Below the pieces are notes generated by a model. It made no database searches, had not been told where the DNA came from, and saw only the letters and a list, made by a program, of their open reading frames with translations. DNA of 63,499 nucleotides, the filler included, from Lenisia limosa (Eukaryota; Protista; Breviatea), in the NCBI GenBank assembly GCA_001655205.1. It is 10 parts of 10 records of this genome, joined end to end, with 100 filler letters (N's around TTAATTAATTAA, not from the genome) between each part and the next. Parts side by side here need not be neighbours in the genome. Positions count along the whole stretch, not along the records: positions 26,902 to 56,213 come from LPNZ01008832.1; 9 more parts are not named here. One strand, written 5' to 3'. Positions 38,624-50,717 of this stretch are shown here, in pieces (positions within the stretch are counted from its first letter, which is position 1; each line of letters opens with the position of its first letter). The position numbers and the translations under genes were made by a program.

Positions 38624-39925
38624 ATGCTCCAACATGTTATTATCGTGTCCCCCTCTGGTTCGCTTTTTTGGATATGTTTAGAGTTATTTTGGTTCATTCC
38701 AATATCTCTTAACCCATGTCAGGAGTTGTTCTCTTCTCAAAGGAGTATGTTCCGACACTTTCCCAGGTTGGGTTCCTTTTCAGATATGTCATCTATATTC
38801 CCACCCAATCCAAAGCAACATTTTGCGACTTTTTTATCAATTCTGTTTTCTCATAATCTCATTGGACCCTCATATCAACTCATGAATGTGGAGATTTGAT
38901 CTCATTCCACAGCCTCGAATGATGGGTTCGCTATTGACAGCGATGATTGACTTCTCGAAAAAGACAATCCAGAGATCGGTGGCCTTCCTTGAGTTCGACA
39001 GACGTGGGTTTAATAAATTGGAAGCCTTTGGGTATTGAATTGTCATTATCTTGATATAACCTGTCTAACTCTTCAGTTATATTAAGTTTGGTCCAAGACC
39101 CTCGGTCTCTGCTAACTTGCGTCACCTTCCACACGCGCGATGATGTATGGCTTGGGTCTTATGGAAGCACTGGACAGGTTCTAACTCCCTAGGGCATGGT
39201 GTTTTCCAGGCTCATTACTCGTGAAATCTTGAAATCGTTCTTGTACATTTACCCCACCACTGATTTCAATTCCGTCCTTAACCTCTCAACTTTTGCAAAT
39301 TTCAGAGTAAGCTCCCCCTCTTTTTGGCGCACTGAATAAATATGATTGGCTACCTAGCCTTAAAACAACTTATTGTTCCAGTCAAATGTCGTTGATGCGG
39401 CGCAAGGAGGAATCCGTTCCATCTTGCATTCATGTGAGGGGAGGGTGTATAGTCAATCGTGGCATAAGTTTATTTTGTTATTTTAGCTTTTAATGACAAC
39501 TCAGTGGTGGCAAATCGGGGCGTTTCAAGGGCCTTCGTTACCGTTGGAGATGAAATCCTCCATTCAACTTCAAGTGTTGACCAGGTATTTCATTGTTTTG
39601 AGTTTTTGAGAAGACCATGATGGGATAGTTTCAACTTCCCTTGTGATCAAATTTCAATGTCCGTTGACCTATAAGGTTGCGGTTGTTGGTGCCCTTCAGA
39701 GCATGATGGCCCTGAGTACCGAAGCTGCCTTCCTTGCTGACAAAAAAAGACCCCATGATTCTGTCGAGCTTCTATGCAATCGACACCGTATATACATTTT
39801 CCCCATACTCTGTCCAACAGCTGGTCAAAATGCCTTCCTTGTGGCAACATGCAGGAGGTCTCTTCCTCCCACATACTACCATCCCAAGCTTCAAGAAGCT
39901 GCTGTCCTTACTGAACAAAGTTGGT
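38624..39925 (+). CDS. Conserved-looking hypothetical protein with longin-like N-terminal fold
   Basis: Spliced: MLQHVIIVSPSGVVLFSKEYVPTLSQPRMMGSLLTAMIDFSKKTIQRSVAFLEFD...LTCVTFHTRDDGMVFSRLITREILKSF...VDQVAVVGALQSMMALST...LVATCRRSLPPTYYHPKLQEAA; 3' end approximate. Confidence 0.6.
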
Positions 39926-40427
39926 TGTTTGTGATCTTTCATTAAGTTCATGGTCTGTCACCCCCCCCCCTCTAGCTCAAGTGAATCATATGTCGTTTCA
40001 CTCTGAGAGGGTTTTTTTTTTGTTTTTGTTCTGAGATAAAAGGTCAGCAACAACAGTGTAGTGTATTATTATGGGGGGGGGGGNNNNNNNNNNNNNNNNN
40101 NNNNNNNNNNNNNNNNNNNNNNNNNNNNNNNNNNNNNNNNNNNNNNNNNNNNNNNNNNNNNNNNNNNNNNNNNNNNNNNNNNNNNNNNNNNNTGGCCGCT
40201 CTGTACTTTAAGTTATTCTGTTTCCTTTTTTTGAATATACCCTAGTCTAGTAGATGGCCTTTCTTTTAAACTAATTTTAAATAATTCATAAAAAGAAGCC
40301 TGTGGACAATTGAAAAATAATAAATAATACATGGTGCGATTCTAGAGTTCAGGAGAAGGCAGGGGGGAGGGAGATGGCGACGGCTCGCCCTCCTTGTCAA
40401 CAGCCATTTTCATATTAATGAGCAGCT

Positions 40428-43340
40428 TCACCAAATTGGCAACATTGTCATCAACCTAATGGGTAAGAACCAAGGCTCAAGACTCACATCTGGGAGATCG
40501 GGGACTTGAAACAACGGACCCCCGGGAGCTGAAAGGTCAGAAGGCAACCAAAAATCACAAGAGGCAGCTTTGTCCACCCACTCACACTGTGACCTTGACC
40601 TTTCAAGAGGAGCGGGTGACTTGGCCGAGTTATGTGTGAGGTCCGCAAAAGACAATGATCTGGCTTCAGCAGGGGGCGGAGTGGGAATCTTTGGCCCGTT
40701 TGTCTGGGGTTGTCAGCAACCAATGAATTTTTTAGAAAGCATACAGCTTTAAGCGTGGCTTCATGTCTCGATCTCACGTACAACGCCTCCAGTTCATTGT
40801 AACAACGGACAAGGTCGGTTAAGAGGGTCGAACTGAATTCACTATTGGGCTGAAGGACCAAGTGCTTGTCACAATACTGCAGGGTTATAATGGATCATAG
40901 AATACCTTGGCTGGGTGTCCGGGCTGAATAAATGGTGCCGGGTTAAGCTTCGAAATGAGCGCGGACGCCTCAGTTGACGCAGCCGCACGAACTTTCTCAA
41001 TGAAACTACTGTCTGATGTGGTCAAGATCCGCTGATCTCTTGTGGTACGAACTCAAATATTGGTACCACCCACCACTCACTCGATATCCTTGTGCTTCTA
41101 TTCATTCCAGAAAAACTGATTTTGGAAACCACAATAATTATATCGATATTATTCAGTTCTTTATCAGACTATGATAAATAGTCGATAATACCCCAATACC
41201 CTTTGAGAGGAGGCCTTCAGCTGCCTGGACAGCCATTTCAATCCGAGACAACTCATCAACCATTGATGCTAGATTAACCTAAAAGTCCGTAATTCAGGAG
41301 GAACACTTTGGTGTCTTGATATTAGATCATATGATGAAAATGTTTTTGCTCCCATTTATGTTTTAGAATAACTAACCTGTGACACATGGATTTGATGTTT
41401 GGCTTCACAGATCTCAGTAACAAGTGGTACTGGGATGTGAGGCTGCTGAACTGGGACAACAGGGTCCTCGTGGCTTTGTGGGGATTGGCCTGATTCATGT
41501 GGACGATGAGGGGGGTATGTAGCCCGCTGTTTGATAGGGCTTCGAGACTACAGATGAGGCTACAAAACATTGCATACCTTTGTTGCATAGGGCGTGAAGC
41601 TTTTTCCTGGGATAGTCACCGGACCAACATCCAACCACGGCATTCCTTCTGATGTCCTGAAAGATCAATACCTCCAGGCGGCTATTAATTTTACAGCACA
41701 AGTCCTCACCCAAAGTCAATTCCAACGGGTCGAATAAAGGACCCTATTTTTGGTGATCTGCGATCTGGGCTTCTTGCAACGGAGCTAGCGAGACTTGTGG
41801 TTGTGGAAGAGGGGAGTGGCTCAAAAAATGGCCTGTATTATCATAATAAATCGAAATAACTCACGAGATGATCACATTGAACCCTCCTACTATCGTTATA
41901 TCATTTGGACTCTGAGGGATATCAAGAGTCACAGTATAAACACACCAGATGCGTATCAAAAATGTACTCCCATGTACCTTTCATCAAATAAGTTGGCAGC
42001 AGGGGACGGGGATGCATAATGCAAATGGCTCGGGTGGCGCAGTTGAGAGGAGTGTTGGGACGCGTAGTGTGATGACGACGTTCGAGTCGAATGTGAAGAC
42101 GGGTTCGACCTGAAAGAGTGCCGCGACGACCGAGATGATGACCTTGGATCTGAGCTTCTCTCTGATGATGATTGATGCTCCGATGTCGACGATGTTGAAT
42201 ATCTGCTCCTTGATCTAGATGATCTACCGGGGCTTTCTTCGAGCTCTGCCAGCTCTCCAAGCTCTTCAGCATCTTCAACGGAAACATTTGGGTCATACAA
42301 AGACGCCTGTTGAGCGTTTATCATATCTGGGGGTGGCAGCGCCGTTCTGGTTTGAGACGGCTGGGTCTGCGTAGCCTGCGAGGACAAAAGTGACCCCAGG
42401 GGGCTGGATAAGATGTTCTCGGCAACCTTGGGGGATCGGGGGTTGATCTTTTGGGGGGTGGGTGAGCCATCTAATGGGGGTGAAAGGGACCGTGCCGCTG
42501 GTAACAAGGCTTCATCCATGGTACGATGTAATTCGGTCCGGGCAGCGTAAAGTGGACGCTTCGGCTGGATGGAGTAGTTCTACGGGGTCAGACATCTTGG
42601 TACCCATATGTTCGATTGAACTACCAGTTGGTATGTAAAGGCACCCACCACAACGATCCATCCGACCGTGTATATGTTTTACAGTTCTATTTTACTCACC
42701 AATCATACACTACAGATACAGAAAGCAAAGGACGCATAATGTTTTTCCTACTGGAGAATGGGTGTGGGTTCTGTACAGCAAAGGACGACGGTTCATATAA
42801 TACTCATGGGACGCAGCCATATCGTCCTGCTCATTAAGCCTTGTTGCAATCGCGGCGGCAATTGTAAAGATGTGAAACATACCTTGAGATGAAGCTGGAC
42901 TGTTTCCGATATGATTCCCCCAGGTTGTTGTGGCCACTGTTTTGGTGTCACTACTCGGTGAAGAGAAATACAAAAGGAGCCGTTCACACCATCATGTAAA
43001 TAAGGGATTCTGATTAGTATTAGAATATATTATGTAGCAATGAGAAATAAAAAATAAGGCTGTATCTGGCCGAAGCCGTCCACACCATTACGCTGATAAG
43101 AGATATTCAATTATAGTAATACACCCCAATCATTTGCCTTGCAACTCTGTGCACACAGCTTTCTGTGTGCCTCCCCAGCATACTGTACAATAGTTGACAA
43201 TAGCCCCCCCCCCCACCAGGGTACGAAATGGGTTTTGTAGAACTCGTGCGCTGCACCGCCTGAACAGTGCTATGTGCGATACCGGGACCCTTTAAAGACG
43301 AGGGTGCTGATTCTCTGAGGAAAATGAATATACATCGATA
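40428..43340 (-). CDS. Large hypothetical protein with Ser/Arg/Pro-rich disordered region and globular C-terminal part
   Basis: 187-aa open exon 41956-42519, further exons INSRLEVLIFQDIRRNAVVGCWSG, FCSLICSLEALSNSGLHTPLIVHM, STLLTDLVRCYNELEALYVRSRHEATLK; no family recognised. Confidence 0.55.
43023..43183 (+). repeat. Dispersed repeat family B, longest copy
   Basis: gaatatattatgtagcaatgagaaataaaaaataaggctgtatctggccgaagccgtccacacca...gcacacagctttctgtgtgcctccccagcatac. Confidence 0.9.
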
Positions 43341-43901
43341 GACAAAAAAAAAAAAACGTTACACCAAAAGCAAGGNNNNNNNNNNNNNNNNNNNNNNNNN
43401 NNNNNNNNNNNNNNNNNNNNNNNNNNNNNNNNNNNNNNNNNNNNNNNNNNNNNNNNNNNNNNNNNNNNNNNNNNNNNNNNNNNNNNNNNNTTCTTGGTCT
43501 GTAAATACAAAGATGATGGAGTTTATGGTCTTGGTATGTGAGTTGCGGGTCACTCATAACGTTTCACTCCACATATTTCTAAAATGCTGGTTCCTATGCA
43601 CTCAACTCTGACTCTCTGTGTATATGCGTGTGTATGTACAATGTGCGACGTGTGTTAAAGGGAAGTAAAAAGGCCGTGGGGACGACAAAGTGGGGTGATC
43701 ATCGATCAATGCCCCCCTCACACAGCCCTATTTCGTACAAGGCACAGAGGTATTGATACATGGCAACACACCGAAATTGGATATCTTTGTGTTTTACTCA
43801 AACTCATACATTCATTTCAAAGGTTTTTTAAAAATAACACCTGAGGTTTTTTGGGCGTGTTTTAGGAATTTAACTTGAATTAGCAGCAGGACTGAGCAAG
43901 G

Positions 43902-46843
43902 ATGGCTCGATATGCTGACCGACGTGGCCAAAGAGCCCCCCGTCCAGAGACTCAGCTCAGCACACTGGAGGTGGAAATGGAGAAAGAGCTTATGATCCTG
44001 GAGGAGGTGCCATTAGAAGGTTGGAGCTTGAAGGACTCGGGGGTCATTTTCCATATAACCGTCTAGGTCTGATTGAGTCGTACTCCTACATTGATATGGG
44101 GAAAAATTCTCAAAACAAAAGTGAATGTATCACGTGGTGTTGGTCACCCTCTGGTCATCCTTCGTTGCTTGCCATTATTGAATGTGAGAAGGGCCCTTTG
44201 TCATCCAATCCTTTTTAAGCGCTCACAAGCCAGCACCAAAACCTTTGAACTGCCAAGCACTTGCCACCCTTTTGGAAGAAACTGCTGAATATGCTGAAAG
44301 CATTTCTGAGACTGTTGAAGTCAAAGTGAGTTCTTTTTGTCTTAAAGTCTAATGTCTTTGCAGAAAGGAACAGGAACGCCTTTCAACGCTCCGGGAGACG
44401 AGGTCGCATGGCATATTGAAGTGTCTCCAAATGTGACGAGCCGAAAAGGCAAACGTGCAATCTTAAGACTTGTTTTGGAGCTTGATTTTGCAAAGAATCT
44501 TAGGTATGAAACAAGTTTTCATTCCATTACAATCAGAAACGAGTTACTTCGTCAAACCGATCCAAAACAGGCAGTGTATGGAGACTTGGATAACAAATTG
44601 AATATCCATCTTGCTTCTCTGAATAGCAAACAACATGATCCTATTGTGCCAAAAACCGTGGGTGTTTTCGTTCTGTTTTTTCAGTAATCTCTTATCGTTT
44701 TTTAACTGGTATATACCCCTACCTCATTTGTTCAGGTCTCCACGTGGTCGTCTCGTGTTGATTTGTCAAGAGCCAAAAGCCTAACGTAATACTTTTTCTC
44801 ATGGTTTGACTGTGTTGTAGAGTTCCAGAATCTAATGGCCACCCATTTTTGAAGTTTCAACACAAAAATATTGATGCAAATGAGATAGCTTCTGTGGTGG
44901 ATGCTGTTAGAGGTTGGTGAAGCACGAAATGTTGCAACTTTTGTTTGTCTTTTTTTAATATAATTGCTCTTTAGTTGATGCATTAAACCAAGTCTGTTCT
45001 TACTGTGTTATTTCCCACGGTTCAAAAATGTAAGAACTAATGTGATTGAAAGTCTTACTCTTATTTCCTTCAAGGAGCGACTATAGCTATTCAGTTTTTG
45101 TAATGATTGAGCCGAGTCATTTTTGCGCCTCGGTAGGAGATATTATTTTACTTCTTTCTCTTGATTTGCTGAATACAACACATTTGACACGGTATAGACC
45201 CGCAACAGTCGCCCGAATTTTGAAGCGCAGTACCATAATAGATTGGCCCTCTATATCCCAGGCCTGACCAAAGAGTATCTGGAAATACTCCGTGATTACC
45301 AAGCCGGCTCTCTTTTGGAAAACAACGTCGAAACTGAGGAGACCATTCAAGAAAATGTTTGTTGGGTCACTTTTTCTTTCTCATTAAATAGGTTGCTGGC
45401 TTCTACAATAAAAGATTAAATATCAACACCACTGACCGAAAACGATCCAACATTTACCACCTCAAAAATCTCAATAACTGGATCAAAGTAAGTGGCTTCA
45501 CTTGGCATTCACGTTGCATTCTTCTTATTTTCTGTAGAGTGTCCTCCTCACAAAGCACACCCGTCCCAATGACCACATTCTGGATCTTTGCGGAGGCAAG
45601 GGTGGAGACTTCCGGAAGTTCAAGAGCTCCAAAGCCGCTTCTGTTACACTTTGTGGTATGCTACCAGTAATCTGACTTTTCAGATCATGCAAGAATGTCC
45701 GTCCACCAAGCCCTCTCTCGTTATAACAAAGATCAACATCCCTTCAAGGCCAACTTCATTGTTGCTGATTGCTTCAAAGTGAGTTCTCTCGCATTTTAAG
45801 TTCTTTCTGACTCTTTAGTCCAATTTGTTCAAAGATGAAAGTATTGAGGCTCTGAGTAGGGCTCTCTGATATTCAATCTTTTACTAAAACTCCAGACCTT
45901 GAAATGTTTGACGTTGTTTCCTGTCAGTTTGCGCTTCATTATTCGTTTGAGAATGAAAAGAGAGCTAGAATGTGAGAGCGGGATAATTGGGTCGAGATAT
46001 GATGCTCTTGTAATGTTTCCAGGCTTTTTTGCAACATCAGTACGAATCTCAAACCTGGTGGTGTTTTTGTCGCAACAATTCCGAATGCGTTGAAGCTTGT
46101 GTAGGAATAAACAGTTACCTCACATTGTAGGCACCTCTCAGATAAGGAACCCAAAAGATGTTTCGGTAACAGTGTCTTCAATGTTGCATTTGTGGGGGGG
46201 GGTGACCTATTTGTGCTGGAAAATGACTTGTATTTGTGCTGGTGACCTGTACAGGACAAAGACTGCCCACAGCCTGCACCAGCCTTCGGAGCAAAATATA
46301 TGTTCTATCTAGATGATGCTGTGGAAGACGTGCCTGAGTTCTTGGTCCATCCCATGGTACTCCAAAAGTAAGACTCTTTGTTTTGTAATGCCCAAGCCTC
46401 GCTGCAGAGTACAACTTAACGGTCGACTCTCTCCAAGGCTTCCATGAGTTCATCTATGACAATCTTGGTGAGATCTGAAATAATTAGCTTCCGGAGTGAA
46501 CTGATTTTCAACACATTATGCTACTTTTCGATTATCAAGTTATCCTTTAGGGATTCCCCACAACAATGCAAGTCATGCAGTACCTTTGGATATCATTAAT
46601 GAAAACATCAAATTGATTCCCATCATCAAGGTGCGTCGTTTTTGCTTCCGAAGACCTTCCTTCACTTCCTAGGTTCCCAATCAAGATGGGACGATATCCC
46701 AAGACGAGTGGGAAGCAGCAGGTGAGCATACAATTTCTCTTTGTGACACTTTAGGGCTGTATTCTGTTCTTGTCCTCCGCAAGGCTAGTAAAACGGCTCA
46801 TTTCGAAACTGATCGCACGCCAAACACTGAGACAGGACAGTAG
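43902..46843 (+). CDS. RNMT: mRNA cap guanine-N7 methyltransferase with ~300-aa N-terminal extension
   Basis: VAGFYNKR...RSNIYHLKNLNNWIKSVLL, ILDLCGGKGGDFRKF, FIVADCF, FDVVSCQFALHYSFENE, NLKPGGVFVATIP, FGAKYMFYLDDAVEDVPEFLV, ISQDEWEAAGLYSVLVLRK; upstream exons splice in frame back to ATG 43902 (this part less certain). Confidence 0.93.
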
Positions 46844-46860
46844 GTGCTTCTAGTCCGTTG

Positions 46861-49800
46861 CTAACGTTTAGCTTTGAAATGGCAGATCATCGAAACGTCA
46901 TCAACATTCTTGACATGAAATAATTCTTCAACATGATTTTGTATGTGTTTCGGACTACGCTGAACGTCAGCAAAATTCCTTTTTCGGGAGTCACATTAAA
47001 TAGAATTGTTTGTATGTTAATTGCCCAGGACATATTGTATACAGAATATAAAATACCAATATTATACCACAAAAAGAAACAGACATAAACAGGAAACATT
47101 ACAAAACAGGAAACAGGAACAAGAACATAGTAGTATGTCAAGAAGTCTTACGAATAGTTTCTGGACGTGGTTCGTCTCGAATGAGAAGAACAGACGCCAC
47201 TCCCGCCGCTATAGGGCCAAGGGNNNNNNNNNNNNNNNNNNNNNNNNNNNNNNNNNNNNNNNNNNNNNNNNNNNNNNNNNNNNNNNNNNNNNNAGGAGCT
47301 CAGTGTGCATAAACACGGCATACTGAATACACGGTATGGACGAGATTGTCGCACTGCAGTCGATATCCTCCTGGAGGGGTCTGGTGCGAACGCACCAAGA
47401 ATTCTAGACCGTTACACCGCCTGGGGAACAAAAGCCGCATCCCGAACAAACTGAGAGCGTTGTTGTCAAGGAACTGTCGAGTGACATCTGTGCCAAACAC
47501 ACATCCGGANNNNNNNNNNNNNNNNNNNNNNNNNNNNNNNNNNNNNNNNNNNNNNNNNNNNNNNNNNNNNNNNNNNNNNNNNNNNNNNNNNNNNNNNNNN
47601 NNNNNNNNNNNNNNNNNNNNNNNNNNNNNNNNNNNNNNNNNNNNNNNNNNNNNNNNNNNNNNNNACTCCGCAGCTGAGTCTGTTTCCCCATCATACTCAG
47701 GCCCGAAGCCACGCATTACGTTGGTACGACATCCTTCAACATCGCCCGGGTCACTCCATAGAATACCGTGTTCCACTGGCGTGTCAATATGGAAGTGCAA
47801 AGACCATAAACAAACTCTGCAACGCCCAAAACACAAGAAATAATACCTATTCCCTGAATCCTATGAAGCTGGTGTATAGACGGCCCCCAAACAATTGGAC
47901 ATTGGGCCGCCAGCACATAACTCAATATCGGGCAGGTCGGAGCCGTTCAGGTCTGGCTTCTTCAAAGTAAAAAAATATATAACGATGGCGATCAAGAGTC
48001 CGTAACCAACCGGAAGGCCTCCATGACACACGACAAAGTGCCCTTTGAAGATCACCATGATCGGCAAGTGCGAAAATACCTGCTCTGTGAGACCCTGTCT
48101 CTTTGTAAAAGACCCCCACGTTTTCATTGAGCGCATCCAAGAAGCCTTGACAGTTTCCTGAAGATTTCCGTGCAACCTCATTAGCAAAGCCATACATGTT
48201 GAAAATGTTTGGATCCTCGTGATTTCCTGGGGTATAACAGAGAAAAGCAACCAGCAACATAGCATTCCGGTACCTTACCTCTTAAGATGTGAACACAGTT
48301 TGGAAAGCACAACTAAATAGTTAGGGGTCGGGCTGGAAGAGCCTGGCTACCAACTTTTAAGAAGAAGACTTCCCACAGCAGCTCCAACGAACGCGGTCCT
48401 CTGTCGACATAGTCCCCATTGAAGACAAAAACTCTGAAGCGTAAACCCAAAGAACAAATTTGGCAACCACTACCTCTTTGAGGAAGGAGGGCCATATTTG
48501 CGCATAATATTCATGAAGTCAGCCAGAGATCCATGCATGTCTCCCACAACAAGCACTTCACTGTCTTTTGGCAAAGTAACCTTGAGGGTGAGAGTCACAC
48601 ACAACAATTGTTTCAACTACCTACCGTGTAAATTTTGGGTGAGCCCTGGATGTGGTTGCCGAAGTCTTTGAAAATACCAAGGTCGCTGTATTTGTGAGTT
48701 GATTGTTCAAAGGTTTGAATGACCCCCCCCCCCCCNNNNNNNNNNNNNNNNNNNNNNNNNNNNNNNNNNNNNNNNNNNNNNNNNNNNNNNNNNNNNNNNN
48801 NNNNNNNNNNNNNNNNNNTGTCCTTTTTGTATTCACCATTTCAGGCCTTAAGAGTGAAAGAGAAAAGAAAGTTATAAAGTTTAAATTATTGAAATTGGAG
48901 ATCAGAGGAAAACGTGAATTAATTATTTCTTGTATGATCCAACTGATTCCAAACCTGTAGCAATTGCCCTGCTGTGGCGGCTTTGATAGCGGTCCAATAT
49001 GGCAATCTGGTGGGATGGGAACTGTTCTCTGAAAAGTCAATTTCGAAGCTTCAGTCTGCCCAACCAATATGGGTTCGGATTCTTTGAACTCCGGCGCCAT
49101 GGCAGCCAAGCTTCCGGCGGCCGGAATGGGTTCCGAGACGGATGCGCGTCTGAACTGCACGGGGCTGATCGATCGTTCTTTCCCAGACACCTGAACTGAC
49201 CTGCAGACTCAGAAGAATACAAAGAAAGCGGGTCTTTATAAGACTGTTTAATCCACCCACTTTCCTTCGTCCCATGTTGGTGGGAGGAACGTTGGATCAA
49301 CCAAAAGCTTCCTAGCGGTTGGCTTGCTATCCTTTTCAATCCAAGGCATGGCGAATGGCACGATGATTGATGGCGTTGGAAGAAGGCCGGCGGAGTTGTT
49401 CTGGTTGCGGTTTTTTTTCTGTTTCCGTGGCCGACGTGCGCCAAATAACGGCTGATTGAAGGTGGTGGAGGGTGCGGAGGCAAATGCAGTGGAGGGGAAC
49501 CCAGGGGTTGGAGCAAAAGTCTGACGAGGTCAGAAAACAGAAGGGATTTCCGAGAAAGAACTTCAAATCTTTTTTTGACAATCAAAGATAAACATGAACA
49601 CGTTTAGAGAAAATGGAGTGGAAAATAGAGCACCCCACCAACTTGCTGCACGAGAGGCCGCTCGGGGCTTCGGAAGACTTTATTTGAGAGGCGTGAAGCT
49701 GGAAGTCAATATTGCATTTGGGGTCATGACATTGGTAAAAATTGATGGCCTTACCTGGTGAGAGGGTTGGGGTTGGAAGAAGCGCTTCAGTTAAAGATGG

Positions 49801-50100
49801 TCTTTGGGGAGATAAAAGAGGAAGTTGTCCTGTCTGAAAATTAGAACACATCATGGAGGACTCACATATTGTGGCTTCTTGGGAGTGGAAGGCTGGCTCT
49901 TTCTGTGCGAAGGAGGGGAGGTAACCGTTTGAATTAACCTCGTGAACTGAGTTCTGCATGGTTAAGATGGCAAAACAAAGAAAACTACAAACTCAGAGTT
50001 TCTGGAAGAGCTTTCCAAACTCGTGGCTCGCCTCCTTTGTTGGGGCGTAACGGCTGAGGGGGTGGGGAGGAGTCCCTGTCATCGTTACCATAGCTGGAAT
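46861..50100 (-). CDS. PPP-family Ser/Thr phosphatase (PP5/PPEF/PP7-type catalytic domain) with long low-complexity N-terminus
   Basis: VVGDMHG, FVFNGDYVDRG, ILRGNHED, FSHLPIMV...VVCHGGLP, ILWSDP, FLVRSHQ, HTVYS; start codon not pinned down. Confidence 0.9.
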
Positions 50101-50717
50101 AATATCAATACTTACTTTTGAAGAAGAGAGCGACTTGGTTCGCTGATGTTTTTTCTACATTATCAAGTCAAAGGCGCTGTATCAGAGTGTAGTAATTAGA
50201 ACCTGTGGCAAGGTTGATAGAAAGAAAACCAGTCACTGTTTTTATCACTTCTCTGACTTAAGCACCAACCTCACACCAACCAACTGCCAACCAACCTTTG
50301 GAACCTCTAGTTGCGGTTGGAGAAAGACAGGAGGTCCAGTCTGAAAGGATAAAGATTGGCATAATTGCCACCCTAAAGCCCATATTCAGTTTTAATTCAT
50401 AATTTTTAAAGCTGCTCATTATTAGTAATAAGCTATTCTGAAAAGAATGCAAGAAGAGCCTACCATTCCTTCATCCCGAACACTGAAATTCTTCCGTCAC
50501 AGTCCGGAATATATTGACTGCTTTGTGTCAAAAAAAAGTTCTACTAATAAACCTTACACCACCTTACCACCCTTTAACCCTTTTATCGCTTTATCGCTTT
50601 TTAAAATTTGGCCTGAAAACTTTACTGAAACCGATCAAAGATTGCCGTCTGTCAAAAAAAAACGCGGGTTTTTTTTGACCTCTAACATATATATAAAGGA
50701 AAGAAGAAGAGTAAAAG

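Noticed and set aside
40570-40752. CVRSAKDND resembling the INPP4 CKSAKDRT catalytic motif
   Set aside because: It is on the strand opposite the apparent gene, lacks the essential Arg, and has no supporting context.
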